Positions 11,386 to 23,926 of a stretch of 64,000 bases of DNA are shown piece after piece. The DNA lies in NCBI GenBank assembly GCA_963514005.1, contig OY740782.1, positions 151,094,001 to 151,158,000 of the forward strand, given 5' to 3'. Numbering within the stretch: the first letter of the stretch is position 1; each line of letters starts with the position of its first letter. A program made the translations under genes and the position numbers. The stretch comes from Raja brachyura (lineage: Eukaryota). Below the pieces are notes generated by a model. The model had not been told where the DNA came from. It ran no database searches and saw only the letters and a program-made list of their open reading frames with translations.

Positions 11386-13420
11386 GTTGACAATGGAAGA
11401 TGCTCGGTGTGGGAATGGGGAGCAGAGCTTAACTGACTGTGAACCTTACGGAGAGAGCGTAAATGGTCGTCAAAACGTTCGCCTAGTGTACGCTTGGTGT
11501 CACCAATGTACACGAATGAGCATCGCGGGAAACAAATGCTGCACACGTGATCTGCAGAGGTGCATGTGAATCTCAGTCTGAACTGGGACGACTGCCTGCG
11601 TAGCTGGTGGAAATGAAACAGGAGATGTCCGGCCGGGCGTTACATTCCATGCGGATGTAGGGGAAATGCTTGGGAATGGAGCGGTTTCGGTGGGGAGAGA
11701 TGAGCAGACCAAGCAACTGCGGACAATGTGGTGTCCACGGAAAGCGGAAGGGGCGGAAACGGAAAGATAGAGTCATAGAAACATAGAGTGATACAGTGTG
11801 GAAACAGGCCCTTCGGCCCAACTCGACCACACTGACCAACAATGTCCCAGCTACACTTGTCCCACTTTCCTGCGCTTGGTCCATAACCCTCCAAACCTGT
11901 GCTATCCATGTACCTGTCCAACTGTTTCTTAAACGATGGGATAGTCCCAGCCTCATCTACCTCTGGCAGCTTGTTCCATCCACCCATCACCCTCTGTGTG
12001 AAAATGTTACCCATCGTATTCCTATTAAGTCTTTTCCCTTTCACCGTGAACCCATGTCCTCTGGTCCTCGATTCTCCTATTCTCATCATTTTGTACACCT
12101 CTATAAGATCACCCCTCATCCTCCTGCGCTCCATGAAATAGCGACCTGGCCTACTCAACCTCTCCCTATAGTTAACGCCCTCTAGTCCTGGCGACATCCT
12201 CGTAAATCTTTGCTGAACCCCTTCAAGCTTGACAACATCTTTCCTATAACATGGTGCCCAGAACTGAACACAATATTCTAAATGCGGCCTCACCAACTTT
12301 TTATACAACTGCAACATGACCTCCCAACTTCTATACTCAATGCTCTGACTGATGAAGGCCAAAGAGCCAAAAGCCTTGTTGACCACCTTATCTACCTGCG
12401 ACTCGACCTTCAAGGAACCATGCACCTGTACTCCTAGATCCCTCTGCTCTACAACACTACCCAGAGGCCTACCATTCACTGTGTAGGTCCTGCCCTTGTT
12501 CGAAGATGCAAAATGCAACACCTCACATTTCCCTGTATTAAATTCCATCAACCATTCCTCCGCCCACCTGGCCAATCGATCCAGATCCTGCTGCAATCGT
12601 TCACAACCATTTTCACTATCTGCTAAACTTACTTTTGTATCATCAGCAAACTTGCTAATCTTGCCCTGTATGTTCTCATCCAAATCATTGATGTAGATGA
12701 CAAACAGTAACGGGCCCAGCACCGAACCCTGAGGCACACCACCAGTCACAGGCCTCCAGTCCGAGAAGCAACCTTCCACCATCACCCTCTGTTTCAGTAC
12801 TTCCTCGACGGTAACCCTGACTGCTGTCACGACACTTCCAGTGACCGGATGCGACTGGAGATGAGATCACGTTGAAGATATTGGAACTGTCGGAGAATGA
12901 TATATTATATGTGCAGGCTGGTGTGGTGAAAAGCGAGGTCCAGAGGAACATTATCCTTGTTCCGTCTGAGGAAGGGCGAGCGAGAGCAGAACTGCGAGAC
13001 ACAGGGAAGATATGGATGGAGGTGTAATCCACAACTGCACGGCTAAACCACGGCTACTGAAATTAAAGGAAGGTTTCGCATGTCGCTGGGTGAAAAGCGT
13101 TATCGTAGAAGTAGGAGTAGCTGAGACGGAGAAATCGAGAGTAAGGGATGGCTTCCTTGCAAGGGGCAGATTGGAAGGATGCAGTCAAAGTGACTGAGAG
13201 TCAGCGGGTATTAATGGACGTCTGTGCGTAGTCCACCTTTTGTGATGGAGACAGACAGATCCTGAAAGCAGAGTTCAGTCACAGAGATTGTCCTCGTGAA
13301 TGTCCGTTGTTCTATTGAATTTCTCCATGTCAGTAACACTCTCTGTAGACGTAAAGCCACTCAAGCGTCACTACGTTCTGCCAAATTCTGAAAGTATCTG
13401 ACATTAAGTCAAGGTGAATT
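11385..13420 (-). mobile_element. Penelope-like retroelement fragment (GIY-YIG endonuclease plus RT C-terminus), split by a CR1
   Basis: CSFVYIGDTKRTLGERFDDHLRS (GIY-YIG) at about 11440-11540; RT-like remnants at 12800-13420; CR1 inserted at 11768-12797. Confidence 0.8.
11768..12797 (-). mobile_element. CR1 LINE family C, 3' part
   Basis: [35 protein letters not shown]; 3' tail gggccgaagggcctgtttcc shared with the HE1 SINE. Confidence 0.92.
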
Positions 13421-14037
13421 ATCATCATTTATTCACATTTATAGTGGTCAGCACAGAATGTCCTGCAGTCACTGCAGGGAAAGGACTCTATGGACCCGGT
13501 GGCGTGGTTCCCTGAGCAGACTGCCCAAAATGCTTCATCGCCAGAACTCGCCAACAAGCACCAAGACCTGGCTTGGCTGGCGGTGAGGGGAGCACTCCCA
13601 GTCAGATCCTTCCTGCACCGTCGGAACGGGAATAGTGCCCGAGGATTGGCGCACTGCGCATGTTGTTCCATTGTTTAAAAAGGGTTCTAAAAGTAAACCT
13701 AGCAATTCTAGACCGGTTAGTTTGACTTCAGTGGTGGGCAAATTAATGGAAAAGATACTTAGAGATAATATATATAAGTATCTGGATAAAGAGGGTCTAA
13801 TTAGGAACAGTCAACATGGATTTATGCCTGGAAGGTCATGTTTGACTAATCTTCTTGAATTTTTTGAAGAGGTTACTAGGGAAATTGACGAGGGTAAAGC
13901 AGTGGATGTTGTCTATATGGACTTCAGTAAGGCCTTTGACAAGGTTCCTCATGGAAGGTTGGTTAAGAAGGTTCAACTGTTGGGTATAAATGCAGGAATA
14001 GCAAGATGGATTCAACAGTGGCTGAATGGGAGAAGCC

Positions 14038-16603
14038 AGAGGGGCCCGGGGAGCCGTTGGAGACAGAGGGTGGAGCTACCTGCGCTGTGAGTATAAACCT
14101 AGCGCGGGGCTTGCTTTTCACAGAGGCCCGGGGAGCCGTTGGAGACAGAGGGTGGAGCTACCTGCGCTGTGAGTATAAACCTAGCGCGGGGCTTGCTTTT
14201 CACAGAGGCCCGGGGAGCCGTTGGAGACAGAGGGTGGAGCTACCTGCGCTGTGAGTATAAACCTAGCGCGGGGCTTGCTTTTCACAGAGGCCCGGGGAGC
14301 CGTTGGAGACAGAGGGTGGAGCTACCTGCGCTGTGAGTATAAATCTAGCGCGGGGCTTGCTTTTCACAGAGGCCCGGGGAGCCGTTGGAGACAGAGGGTG
14401 GAGCTACCTGCTGTGAGTATAAACCTAGCGCGGGGCTTGCTTTTCACAGAGGCCCGGGGAGCCGTTGGAGACAGAGGGTGGAGCTACCTGCGCTGTGAGT
14501 ATAAACCTAGCGCGGGGCTTGCTGACACAGAGGCCCGGGGAGCCGTTGGAGACACAGGGTGGAGCTACCTGCGCTGTGAGTATAAACCTAGCGCGGGGCT
14601 TGCTGACACAGAGGCCCGGGGAGCCGTTGGAGACACAGGGTGGAGCTACCTGCTGTGAGTATAAACCTAGCGCGGGGCTTGCTGACACAGAGGCCCGGGG
14701 AGCCGTTGGAGACACAGGGTGGAGCTACCTGCGCTGTGAGTATAAACCTAGCGCGGGGCTTGCTGACACAGAGGCCCGGGGAGCCGTTGGAGACACAGGG
14801 TGGAGCTACCTGCGCTGTGAGTATAAACCTAGCGCGGGGCTTGCTGACACAGAGGCCCGGGGAGCCGTTGGAGACACAGGGTGGAGCTACCTGCGCTGTG
14901 AGTATAAACCTAGCGCGGGGCTTGCTGACACAGAGGCCCGGGGAGCCGTTGGAGACACAGGGTGGAGCTACCTGCGCTGTGAGTATAAACCTAGCGCGGG
15001 GCTTGCTGACACAGAGGCCCGGGGAGCCGTTGGAGACACAGGGTGGAGCTACCTGCGCTGTGAGTATAAACCTAGCGCGGGGCTTGCTTTTCACAGAGGC
15101 CCGGGGAGCCGTTGGAGACACAGGGTGGAGCTACCTGCGCTGTGAGTATAAACCTAGCGCGGGGCTTGCTGACACAGAGGCCCGGGGAGCCGTTGGAGAC
15201 ACAGGGTGGAGCTACCTGCGCTGTGAGTATAAACCTAGCGCGGGGCTTGCTGACACAGAGGCCCGGGGAGCCGTTGGAGACAGAGGGTGGAGCTACCTGC
15301 GCTGTGAGTATAAACCTAGCGCGGGGCTTGCTGACACAGAGGCCCGGGGAGCCGTTGGAGACAGAGGGTGGAGCTACCTGCTGTGAGTATAAACCTAGCA
15401 CGGGGCTTGCTTTTCACAGAGGCCCGGGGAGCCGTTGGAGACAGAGGGTGGAGCTACCTGCGCTGTGAGTATAAATCTAGCGCGGGGCTTGCTGACACAG
15501 AGGCCCGGGGAGCCGTTGGAGACAGAGGGTGGAGCTACCTGCGCTGTGAGTATAAACCTAGCACGGGGCTTGCTTTTCACAGAGGCCCGGGGAGCCGTTG
15601 GAGACAGAGGGTGGAGCTACCTGCGCTGTGAGTATAAATCTAGCGCGGGGCTTGCTGACACAGAGGCCCGGGGAGCCGTTGGAGACACAGGGTGGAGCTA
15701 CCTGCGCTGTGAGTATAAACCTAGCGCGGGGCTTGCTGACACAGAGGCCCGGGGAGCCGTTGGAGACACAGGGTGGAGCTACCTGCGCTGTGAGTATAAA
15801 TCTAGCGCGGGGCTTGCTGACACAGAGGCCCGGGGAGCCGTTGGAGACAGAGGGTGGAGCTACCTGCTGTGAGTATAAACCTAGCGCGGGGCTTGCTGAC
15901 ACAGAGGCCCGGGGAGCCGTTGGAGACAGAGGGTGGAGCTACCTGCGCTGTGAGTATAAACCTAGCGCGGGGCTTGCTGACACAGAGGCCCGGGGAGCCG
16001 TTGGAGACAGAGGGTGGAGCTACCTGCGCTGTGAGTATAAACCTAGCGCGGGGCTTGCTGACACAGAGGCCCGGGGAGCCGTTGGAGACAGAGGGTGGAG
16101 CTACCTGCGCTGTGAGTATAAATCTAGCGCGGGGCTTGCTGACACAGAGGCCCGGGGAGCCGTTGGAGACACAGGGTGGAGCTACCTGCGCTGTGAGTAT
16201 AAACCTAGCGCGGGGCTTGCTGACACAGAGGCCCGGGGAGCCGTTGGAGACAGAGGGTGGAGCTACCTGCGCTGTGAGTATAAATCTAGCGCGGGGCTTG
16301 CTGACACAGAGGCCCGGGGAGCCGTTGGAGACACAGGGTGGAGCTACCTGCGCTGTGAGTATAAACCTAGCGCGGGGCTTGCTGACACAGAGGCCCGGGG
16401 AGCCGTTGGAGACAGAGGGTGGAGCTACCTGCGCTGTGAGTATAAATCTAGCGCGGGGCTTGCTGACACAGAGGCCCGGGGAGCCGTGGGTCAGTGAGGG
16501 TGGAGCTACCTGCGCTGTGAGTATAAACCTAGCGCGGGGCTTGCTGACACAGAGGCCCGGGGAGCCGTGGGTCAGTGAGGGTGGAGCTACCTGCGCTGTG
16601 AGT
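14038..16603 (+). repeat. ~32 tandem copies of an 81-bp monomer (79/81/82-bp variants) forming the 5' UTR of the CR1
   Basis: Unit cagaggcccggggagccgttggagaca(c/g)agggtggagctacctgcgctgtgagtataaacctagcgcggggcttgctgaca; the last two units diverge and run into unique UTR sequence. Confidence 0.97.
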
Positions 16604-16884
16604 AGACCAGCAGCTGCAACGTTCCATCTTCCAGTGAGGAAATCTGGTGGGGAATCTGTGTAGCCTCTGATTGGTTGAAGAGGACCAGAGGAAGCAGCTG
16701 ATTGGCTGCAACCCGGGGTTTACATTTCTTCATTTCTGCCTTCAGGCTTAAGGATTCTGGGAGCTAAGGACTCTGGGTGTTAGGGATTCGTTATTTATTA
16801 GTAAAGTTTAAAGAATAAAGTTTTGTGTTTAATTTAAAAAATATATATATATATATATATTTAATAGAGCAATTTGGGAGTAAG

Positions 16885-17832
16885 ATGTCAGTGGAGATTG
16901 GTCCCGTGGTTTGCTCAGCCTGCAACATGTGGGAGATCAGGGATATGGTCGGTGTCCCTGATGACTACATTTGCAGGAAGTGTGTCCAGCTGCAGCTCCT
17001 GGCAGACCGCATGGAACGATTGGAGCTGCGGCTGGATTCATACTGGAGCATCCACGATGCAGAGAAAGTCGTGGACAGCACATACAGCGAGTTGGTCACG
17101 CCACAGGTAAAAGGTAAGAGGACAGAAAGGGAGCGGGTGGCCAATAGCCAGCAAAGCAGTAGGCAGACAGTGCAGGAGTCCCCTGCGGTCATCTCCCTAC
17201 TCAACAGGTTTACCATTTTGGATACTGTTGAGGGAGATGGCTCATCAGGGGAATGCAGCAGCAGCCAAGTTCATGGCACCATGGGTGGCTCTGCAGCACA
17301 TGATGGGGGAAAAAAGAGGGGAAGGGCTATTGTAATAGGGGATTCAATTGTCAGGGGAATAGATAGGCGTTTCTGCGGCCGCAAAAGAGACTCCAGGATG
17401 GTATGTTGCCTCCCTGGTGCAAAGGTCAGGGATGTTACTGAACGGCTGCAGAACATTCTGGAGGGGGAGGGTGAACAGCCAGTTGTCGTGGTGCATATTG
17501 GCACCAACGATATAGGGAAAAAAAGGGATGAGGTCCTACAAGGTGAATTTAGGGAGCTAGGAGATAGACTAAAAAGTAGGACTTCAAAGGTAATAATCTC
17601 TGGATTATTACCAGTACCACGGGCCAGTCAGAGTAGAAATAGGAGGATATTGCAAATGAATACGTGGCTTGAAAAATGGTGCAAGGGGGAGGGATTCAAA
17701 TTTTTAGGGCACTGGAACCATTTCTGGGGGAGGTGGGACCAGTACAAACAGGACGGTCTGCACCTGGGCTGGAATGGAACCAATGTCCTTGGGGGAGTGT
17801 TTGCTAGTGCTGTCGGGGAGGATTTAAACTAA
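16885..17832 (+). CDS. CR1 ORF1p: zinc finger, coiled coil, SGNH/GDSL esterase (315 aa, intact)
   Basis: CSAC..CRKC; LQLLADRMERLELRL; GDSIVR / HIGTND / DGLHL blocks typical of CR1 ORF1 esterases. Confidence 0.93.
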   Translation: MSVEIGPVVCSACNMWEIRDMVGVPDDYICRKCVQLQLLADRMERLELRLDSYWSIHDAEKVVDSTYSELVTPQVKGKRTERERVANSQQSSRQTVQESPAVISLLNRFTILDTVEGDGSSGECSSSQVHGTMGGSAAHDGGKKRGRAIVIGDSIVRGIDRRFCGRKRDSRMVCCLPGAKVRDVTERLQNILEGEGEQPVVVVHIGTNDIGKKRDEVLQGEFRELGDRLKSRTSKVIISGLLPVPRASQSRNRRILQMNTWLEKWCKGEGFKFLGHWNHFWGRWDQYKQDGLHLGWNGTNVLGGVFASAVGEDLN

Positions 17833-20808
17833 TGTGGCAGGGGGATGGGTACAAGAGCAGAGAGGCAGGTGGGTGTAAAACGAGGGTGGAAGCAATAGGG
17901 AGCAAGGTGAAAAGTAAAAGTGGCAGGCAGACAAAACCAGGGCAAAAATCAAAAAGGGCCACTTCTCAACAAAATTGTATAAGGGGTAAGAGCGTAGTAA
18001 AAACAAGCCTGAAGGCCTTGTGTCTCAATGTAAGGAGTATTCGTAATAAGGTGGATGAGTTGAACGTGCAGATAGCTATTAATGAGTATGATATAGTTGG
18101 GATCACGGAGACATGGCTCCAGGGTGACCAAGGCTGGGAGCTGAACATCCAGGGATATTCAATATTCAGGAGGGATAGAGAGAAAGGAAAAGGAGGTGGG
18201 GTAGCGTTGCTGGTTAGAGAGGAGATTAACGCAATGGAAAGTAAGGACATTAGCTGGAGCATGTGGAATCGGTATGGGTAGAGCTGCGAAACACTAAGGG
18301 GCAGAAAACGCTAGTGGGAGTTGTGTACAGGCCACCTAACAGTAGTAGTGAAGTTGGGGATGGTATCAAACAGGAAATTAGAAATGCGTGCAACAAAGGC
18401 AAAACAGTTATAATGGGTGACTTCAATCTACATATAGATTGGGTGAATCAAATTGGCAGGGGCGCTGAGGAAGAGGATTTTTTGGAAAGTATGAGGGATA
18501 GTTACATAAATCAACATGTAGAGGAACCAACGAGAGAGCAGGCTATTTTAGACTGGGTATTGAGTAATGAGGAAGGGTTAGTTAGCAGTCTTATTGTGCG
18601 TGCCCCCTTGGGCAAGAGTGACCATAATATGGTCGAGTTCTTCATTAGGATGGAGAGTGACATTGTTAATTCAGAAACAATGGTTCTGAACTTAAGGAAA
18701 GGTAACTTTGAGGGTATGAGACGTGAATTGGCCAAGATTGACTGGCAATCAATTCTAAAAGGGTTGACGGTGGATACGCAATGGAAGACATTTAAAGACT
18801 GCATGGATGAACTACAAAAATTGTTCATCCCAATTTGGCAAAAGAATAGATCAGGGAAGGTAGTGCATCCGTGGATAACAAGGGAAATCAGGGATAGTAT
18901 CAAAGCAAAGGATGATGCGTAAAAGTAGCCAGAAAAAGCCGCATACCAGAGGACTGGGAGAAATTCAGAGACCAGCAGAGAAGGACAAAGGGCTTGATTA
19001 GGAAAGGAAAAATAGATTATGAAAGAAAACTGGCAGGGAACATAAAAACTGACTGCAAAAGTTTTTATAGATATGTGAAGAGAAAGAGATTAGTTAAAAC
19101 AAATGTAGGTCCTTTGCAGTCAGAAACAGGTGAGTTGATCATGGGGAACAAGGATATGGCGGACCAATTGAATAACTACTTTGGTTCCGTCTTCACTAAG
19201 GAAGACATAAATAATCTGCCGGAAATAGCAGGGGACCGAAGGTCAAAGGAGTACTTGAGTGAAATCCAGGTTAGTCGGGAAGTGGTGTTGGGTAAATTAA
19301 ATGGATTAAAGGCCGATAAATCCCCAGGGCCAGATAGGCTGCATCCCAGAGTACTTAAGGAAGTAGCTCCGGAAATAGTGGATGCATTAGTGATAATCTT
19401 TCAAAACTCTTTAGATTCTGGAGTAGTTCCTGAGGATTGGCGGGTAGCAAACGTAACCCCTCTTTTTAAGAAGGGGGGGAGAGAGAAAACGGGGAATTAC
19501 AGACCAGTTAGTCTAACATCGGTAGTGGGGAAACTGCTAGAGTCAGTTATTAAAGATGGGATAGCAGCACATTTGGAAAGTGGTGAAATCATTGGACAAA
19601 GTCAGCATGGATTTACGAAAGGTAAATCATGTCTGACGAATCTTGTGGAATTTTTCGAGGATGTAACTAGTAGCGTGGATGGGGGAGAACCAGTGGATGT
19701 GCTGTATCTGGACTTCCAGAAGGCTTTCGACAAGGTCCCACATAAGCGATTAGTATATAAACTTAAAGCATATGGCATTGGGGGTTCAGTATTGATGTGG
19801 ATAGAGAACTGGCTGGCAAACAGGAAGCAAAGAGTAGGAGTTAACGGGTCGTTTTAACAATGGCAGGTAGTGACTAGTGGGGTACCGCAAGGCTCAGTGC
19901 TGGGACCCCAGCTATTTACAATATACATAAATGATCTGGATGAGGGAATTGAAGGCAATATCTCCAAGTTTGCGGATGACACTAAGCTGGGGGGCAGTGT
20001 TAGCTGTGAGGAGGATGCTAGGAGAATGCAATGTGACTTGGATAGGCTGGGTGAGTGGGCAAATGTTTGGCAGATGCAGTATAATGTGGATAAATGTGAG
20101 GTTATCCACTTTGGTGGCAAAAATAGGAAAACCGACTACTATCTAAATGGTGGCCGATTAGGAAAAGGGGAGATGCAGCGCGACCTGGGTGTCATGGTAC
20201 ACCAGTCATTGAAAGTAGGCATGCAGGTACAGCAGGCAGTGAAGAAAGCCAATGGTATGTTAGCTTTCATAGCAAAAGGATTTGAGTATAGGAGCAGGGA
20301 GGTTCTACTTCAGTTGTATAGGGTCTTGGTGAGGCCACACCTGGAGTATTGCGTACAGTTCTGGTCTCCAAATCTGAGGAAGGACATTATTGCCATAGAG
20401 GGAGTGCAGCGAAGGTTCACCAGACTGATTCCTGGGATGTCAGGACTGTCTTATGAACAAAGACTGCATAGACTCGGTTTATACTCTCTAGAATTTAGGA
20501 GATTGAGAGGGGATCTTATAGAAACTTACAAGATTCTTAAGGGGTTGGACAGGCTAGATGCAGGAAGATTGTTCCCGATGTTGGGGAGGTCCAGGACAAG
20601 GGGTCACAGCTTAAGGATAAGGGGGAAATCCTTTAGGACCGAGATGAGAAGGAATTTTTTCACACAGAGAGTGGTGTGTCTCTGGAACTCTCTGCCACAG
20701 AGGGTAGTTGAGGCCAGTTCATTGGCTATATTTAAGAGGGAGTTAGATGTGGCCCTTGTGGCTAAGGGGATCAGAGGGTATGGAGAGAAGGCAGGTACGG
20801 GATACTGA
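17832..20808 (+). pseudogene. CR1 ORF2 (APE endonuclease-RT), disrupted
   Basis: NVRSI, GITETWL, GDFN, SDH (APE); [12 protein letters not shown] (RT). One frameshift near 18260 and stops at about 18920 and 19855. Confidence 0.93.
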
Positions 20809-22676
20809 GTTGGATGATCAGCCATGATCATATTGAATGGCGGTGCAGGCTCGAAGGGCCGAATGGCCTACTCCTGCACCTAATTTCTATGTTTCTATGT
20901 TTCTATGTAATGGTGGATGGCTGTTTGTCGGGTTGGAGGCAGGTGACTAGTGGGGTGCCTCAGGGATCTGTGTTGGGTCCTTTGTTGTTTGTCATGTACA
21001 TCAATGATCTGGATGAAGGGGTGGTAAATTGGATTAGTAAGTATGCAGATGATACCAAGATAGGGGGTGTTGTGGATAATGAAGAGGATTTCCAAAGTCC
21101 ACAGAGTGATTTAGGCCAGTTGGAAAAATGAGCTGAAAGATGGCAGATGGAGTTTAATGCTGATAAATGTGAGGTGCTACATCTTGGCAGGACAAATCAA
21201 AATAGGACGCACATGGTAAACGGTAGGGAATTGAAGAATACAGTATAACAGAGGGATCTGGGAATAACCATGCATAGTTCCTTGAAGGTGGAATCTCATA
21301 TAGATAGGGTGGTAAAGAAAGCTTTTGGTATGCTAGCCTTTATAAATCAGAGCATTGAGTATAGAAGCTGGGATGTAATGTTAAAATTGTACAAGGCATT
21401 GGTGAGACCAAATCTGGAGTATGGTGTACAATTTTGGTCGCCCAATTATAGGAAGGATGTCAACAATATAGAGAGGGTACAGAGGAGATTTACTAGAATG
21501 TTACCTGGATTTCAACAGCTAAGTTACAGAGATAGGTTGAATAAATTAGTTCTTTATTCTCTGGAGCGCAGAAGGTTAAGGGGGGACTTGATAGAGGTCT
21601 TTAAAATGATGAGAGGGATAGACAGAGTTGATGTGGACAAGCTTTTCCCTTTGAGAATAGGGAAGATTCAAACAAGAGGACATGACTTTAGAATTAAGGG
21701 ACAGGTTTAGGGGTAACATGAGGGGGAACTTCTTTACTCAGAGAGTGATAGCGGTGTGGAATGAGCTTCCAGTGGAAGTGGTGGCGGCAGGTTCGTTGGT
21801 ATCATTTAAAAATAAATTGGATAGGCATATGGATGAGAAGAGTATGGAGGGTTATGGCATGAGTGCAGGCAGGTGGGACTAAGGGAAAAAGGTTGTTCGG
21901 CACGGACTTGAAGGGCCGAGATGGCCTGTTTCCGTGCTGTAATTGTTATATGGTTATATGGTTATATAACCTCACTGCCAGCGCACGCTGCCCTCGGGAC
22001 GGCTGCTATGGAGAGGAGACGGTTGCCCACCTCTTTGCAGAGTGTGGATTTGCCCAAAGAGTCTGGAGAAAAATGCAAGGGTCCCTGGTACGCTTTATTC
22101 CAAACAGCTCCGTCACAGAGGACTCTGTGATTTACGGACTGTTCCCAGGGACACATTCAGAGACTGACATCAAGTGCTGCTGGTGGGTTATCAACTCGGT
22201 GAAAGACGCTCTTTGGTCTGCCCGAGCGTTGTTCACCACCCAGCAGAGCGAGATGTCCGTCGGGGAATGTTGCCGACTGGCCCACTGCAGACTGCAGGAG
22301 TACGTGCTGAGGGACGCACTGAAGCTCGGTGCAGCCAACGCCAAGGCTCGGTGGGGGAGGGCCACAGTCTAGGGTCCTTCCGCTGCTGGATATGGGGGGC
22401 ACAGTATGGTGGAGACGCCCCTCAAAATAAGGGAAGGTACCCTATGCCGGGGGGCCACATGAGTGGCACGGGTGGGGGATCGATTTGTGAAATTTGAAAA
22501 ATGTGTATAGACTGTATGGAACAATTTGTATAGCCTCCGGAAATGTCGGATGGATTTTTCGCACGGTTGATGTATTGTATATATTTATTACTTGAATAAA
22601 GCCTATTTTGAAATATAAAAAACATTTATACTCTCTGACACGTCATTTTTACCATGTTATGCTGTTTATCATATGC

Positions 22677-23120
22677 TGAGAGAATGGAGCAGCTGAGCTT
22701 GTAAACTCTGGAGTTTAAAAGATGCGAGGGGATCTTATTGAAACATATAAGATTATTCAGGGTTTAGGTACGCTAAAGGGAGGAAACATGTTCCTGATGT
22801 TGGGGGAGTCCAGAAACAGGGGCCACAGTTCAAGAATAAGGGGTAAGCCATTTAGAACGGAGACGAGGAAACCCTTTTTCACACAGAGAGTTGCGAGTCT
22901 GTGGAATTCTCTGCCTCAGAGGGCGGTGGAGGCCGGTTTTCTGGATAATTTCAAGGAAGAGCTAGATAGGGCACTTAATGATAGCGGAGTCAGGGGATAT
23001 GGGGAGAAGGCAGGAACAGGGTACTGATTGAGGATGATCAGCCATGATCACATTGAATGGCGGTGCTGGCTCGAAGGGCTGAATAACCTACTCCTGCACC
23101 TATTGTCTATTGTCTATTGT
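22677..23120 (+). mobile_element. CR1-A 3' fragment
   Basis: RGDLIETYK..GYGEKAGTGY; (CTATTGT)n tail. Confidence 0.9.
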
Positions 23121-23329
23121 TATTGCGCATGGGACATGCTCCAGGGAAATATTTGTAACGCGATTTCATGAACAACAGTGTTGTAGACTGAAAAATATTA
23201 TAGTAACGGATCATGACTAGACACGAACATTAACGATTGGAGCAAGATAGGCCATTCGGCCCTTAAAACTGGTTCAGCCTTCAACCCAATCACTGCTGAT
23301 GGTCATATGTCCGATTCTTCCAAATATTA

Positions 23330-23901
23330 TTAGATCCCTCCAACTCCAAGAACTGCATGTAGCAAATTTGTGAATGGATGTAATGAGTGTCCATTCGGTC
23401 TTTTAATCATTTACACTTCTCACTTTCGGTCCAGAGTGCCTTTGGGTCCAAACTGTCAGAGAGCACAATTAAATTATGAATCCTAAAGACCCATTGGTTA
23501 TCCAATTGCGTCGCCAGTTGAGGGTATGAGACACGTGTTGCTGGGCAGATCTTGGAGTTGTTAGTTTGCAGTCAGCAGCTCTGTGCATCGGGCTGGAATC
23601 AGTACATTCATTTCTCTAAATAATCCACAGGTGCTTCCGTTCAGTTACCTCCTGCTCTTTGCTAACGGTGGAGTGTTGGACTCCAGCCACATCATATGTG
23701 GGGGAAAGGTGAAAACAATTGGAATATGAATAAATATGAAATGCCATTCAATTAAAAAATATTAAGCTTTAATGGCGAGTTCTGAGGCTAATAAAATGAA
23801 GTGAGACACAGATGCGGCAGGGAAAACGTAACATTTTGGCCGATCATTCATGATCAAGTTGAACGACCAATAAACAATAATGCAATAGCAAGGAGAGACA
23901 T
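23330..23901 (-). pseudogene. Decayed signal peptide plus V and partial C2 Ig-superfamily remnant (CD2/SLAM/CEACAM-like)
   Basis: MSLLAIALLFIGRST; IGQNVT/FPCRI; LIEWHF..IVFTF; KSRR*LNGSTCGLFREMNV/TDSS; II*LCSL..DPKALW, in the correct order with frameshifts. Confidence 0.45.
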
Positions 23902-23926
23902 TAGTTTGGATGTTGTAAAATCAGTA

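Larger units (their letters stand above)
14038..20907 (+). mobile_element. Near full-length CR1-A LINE (monomer 5' UTR, ORF1, ORF2, tail)
   Basis: Boundaries fixed by the interrupted host CR1-B; intact ORF1; ORF2 with APE endonuclease and RT; (TTTCTATG)3 tail. Confidence 0.95.
13628..21967 (+). mobile_element. CR1-B LINE inserted in Tx1 and itself split by a full-length CR1-A
   Basis: RT frame ..WLNGRSQR (14043) continues as VMVDGCLSGW (20908); (GGTTATAT)n tail; AAC on both flanks. Confidence 0.92.
13444..22621 (+). mobile_element. Tx1/L1-clade LINE 3' fragment (split by nested CR1s), with 9-bp TSD
   Basis: ALPVRSFLHRRN (to 13627) rejoins LTASARCPRDGCYGEETVAHLFAEC (zf-RVT CCHC; from 21971). 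AATAAA and A-rich tail near 22600; ACATTTATA at 13435-13443 and 22622-22630. Confidence 0.85.

Noticed and set aside
10297-11436. 379-aa and 360-aa Pro-rich ORFs (and similar ORFs at 46.4, 53.5 and 57 kb)
   Set aside because: Translations of low-complexity C/T or G/A tracts and N gaps.
14038-14120. HDV-like ribozyme in the monomer
   Set aside because: The AGC-tacctgc-GCT hairpin lacks the L3 consensus and no P1/P2 partners were found.
14038-16603. CRISPR-like array or repeat-protein ORFs in the 81-bp repeat
   Set aside because: No unique spacers, vertebrate context, no cas genes; the long ORFs are artefacts of an 81-bp (27-codon) period.
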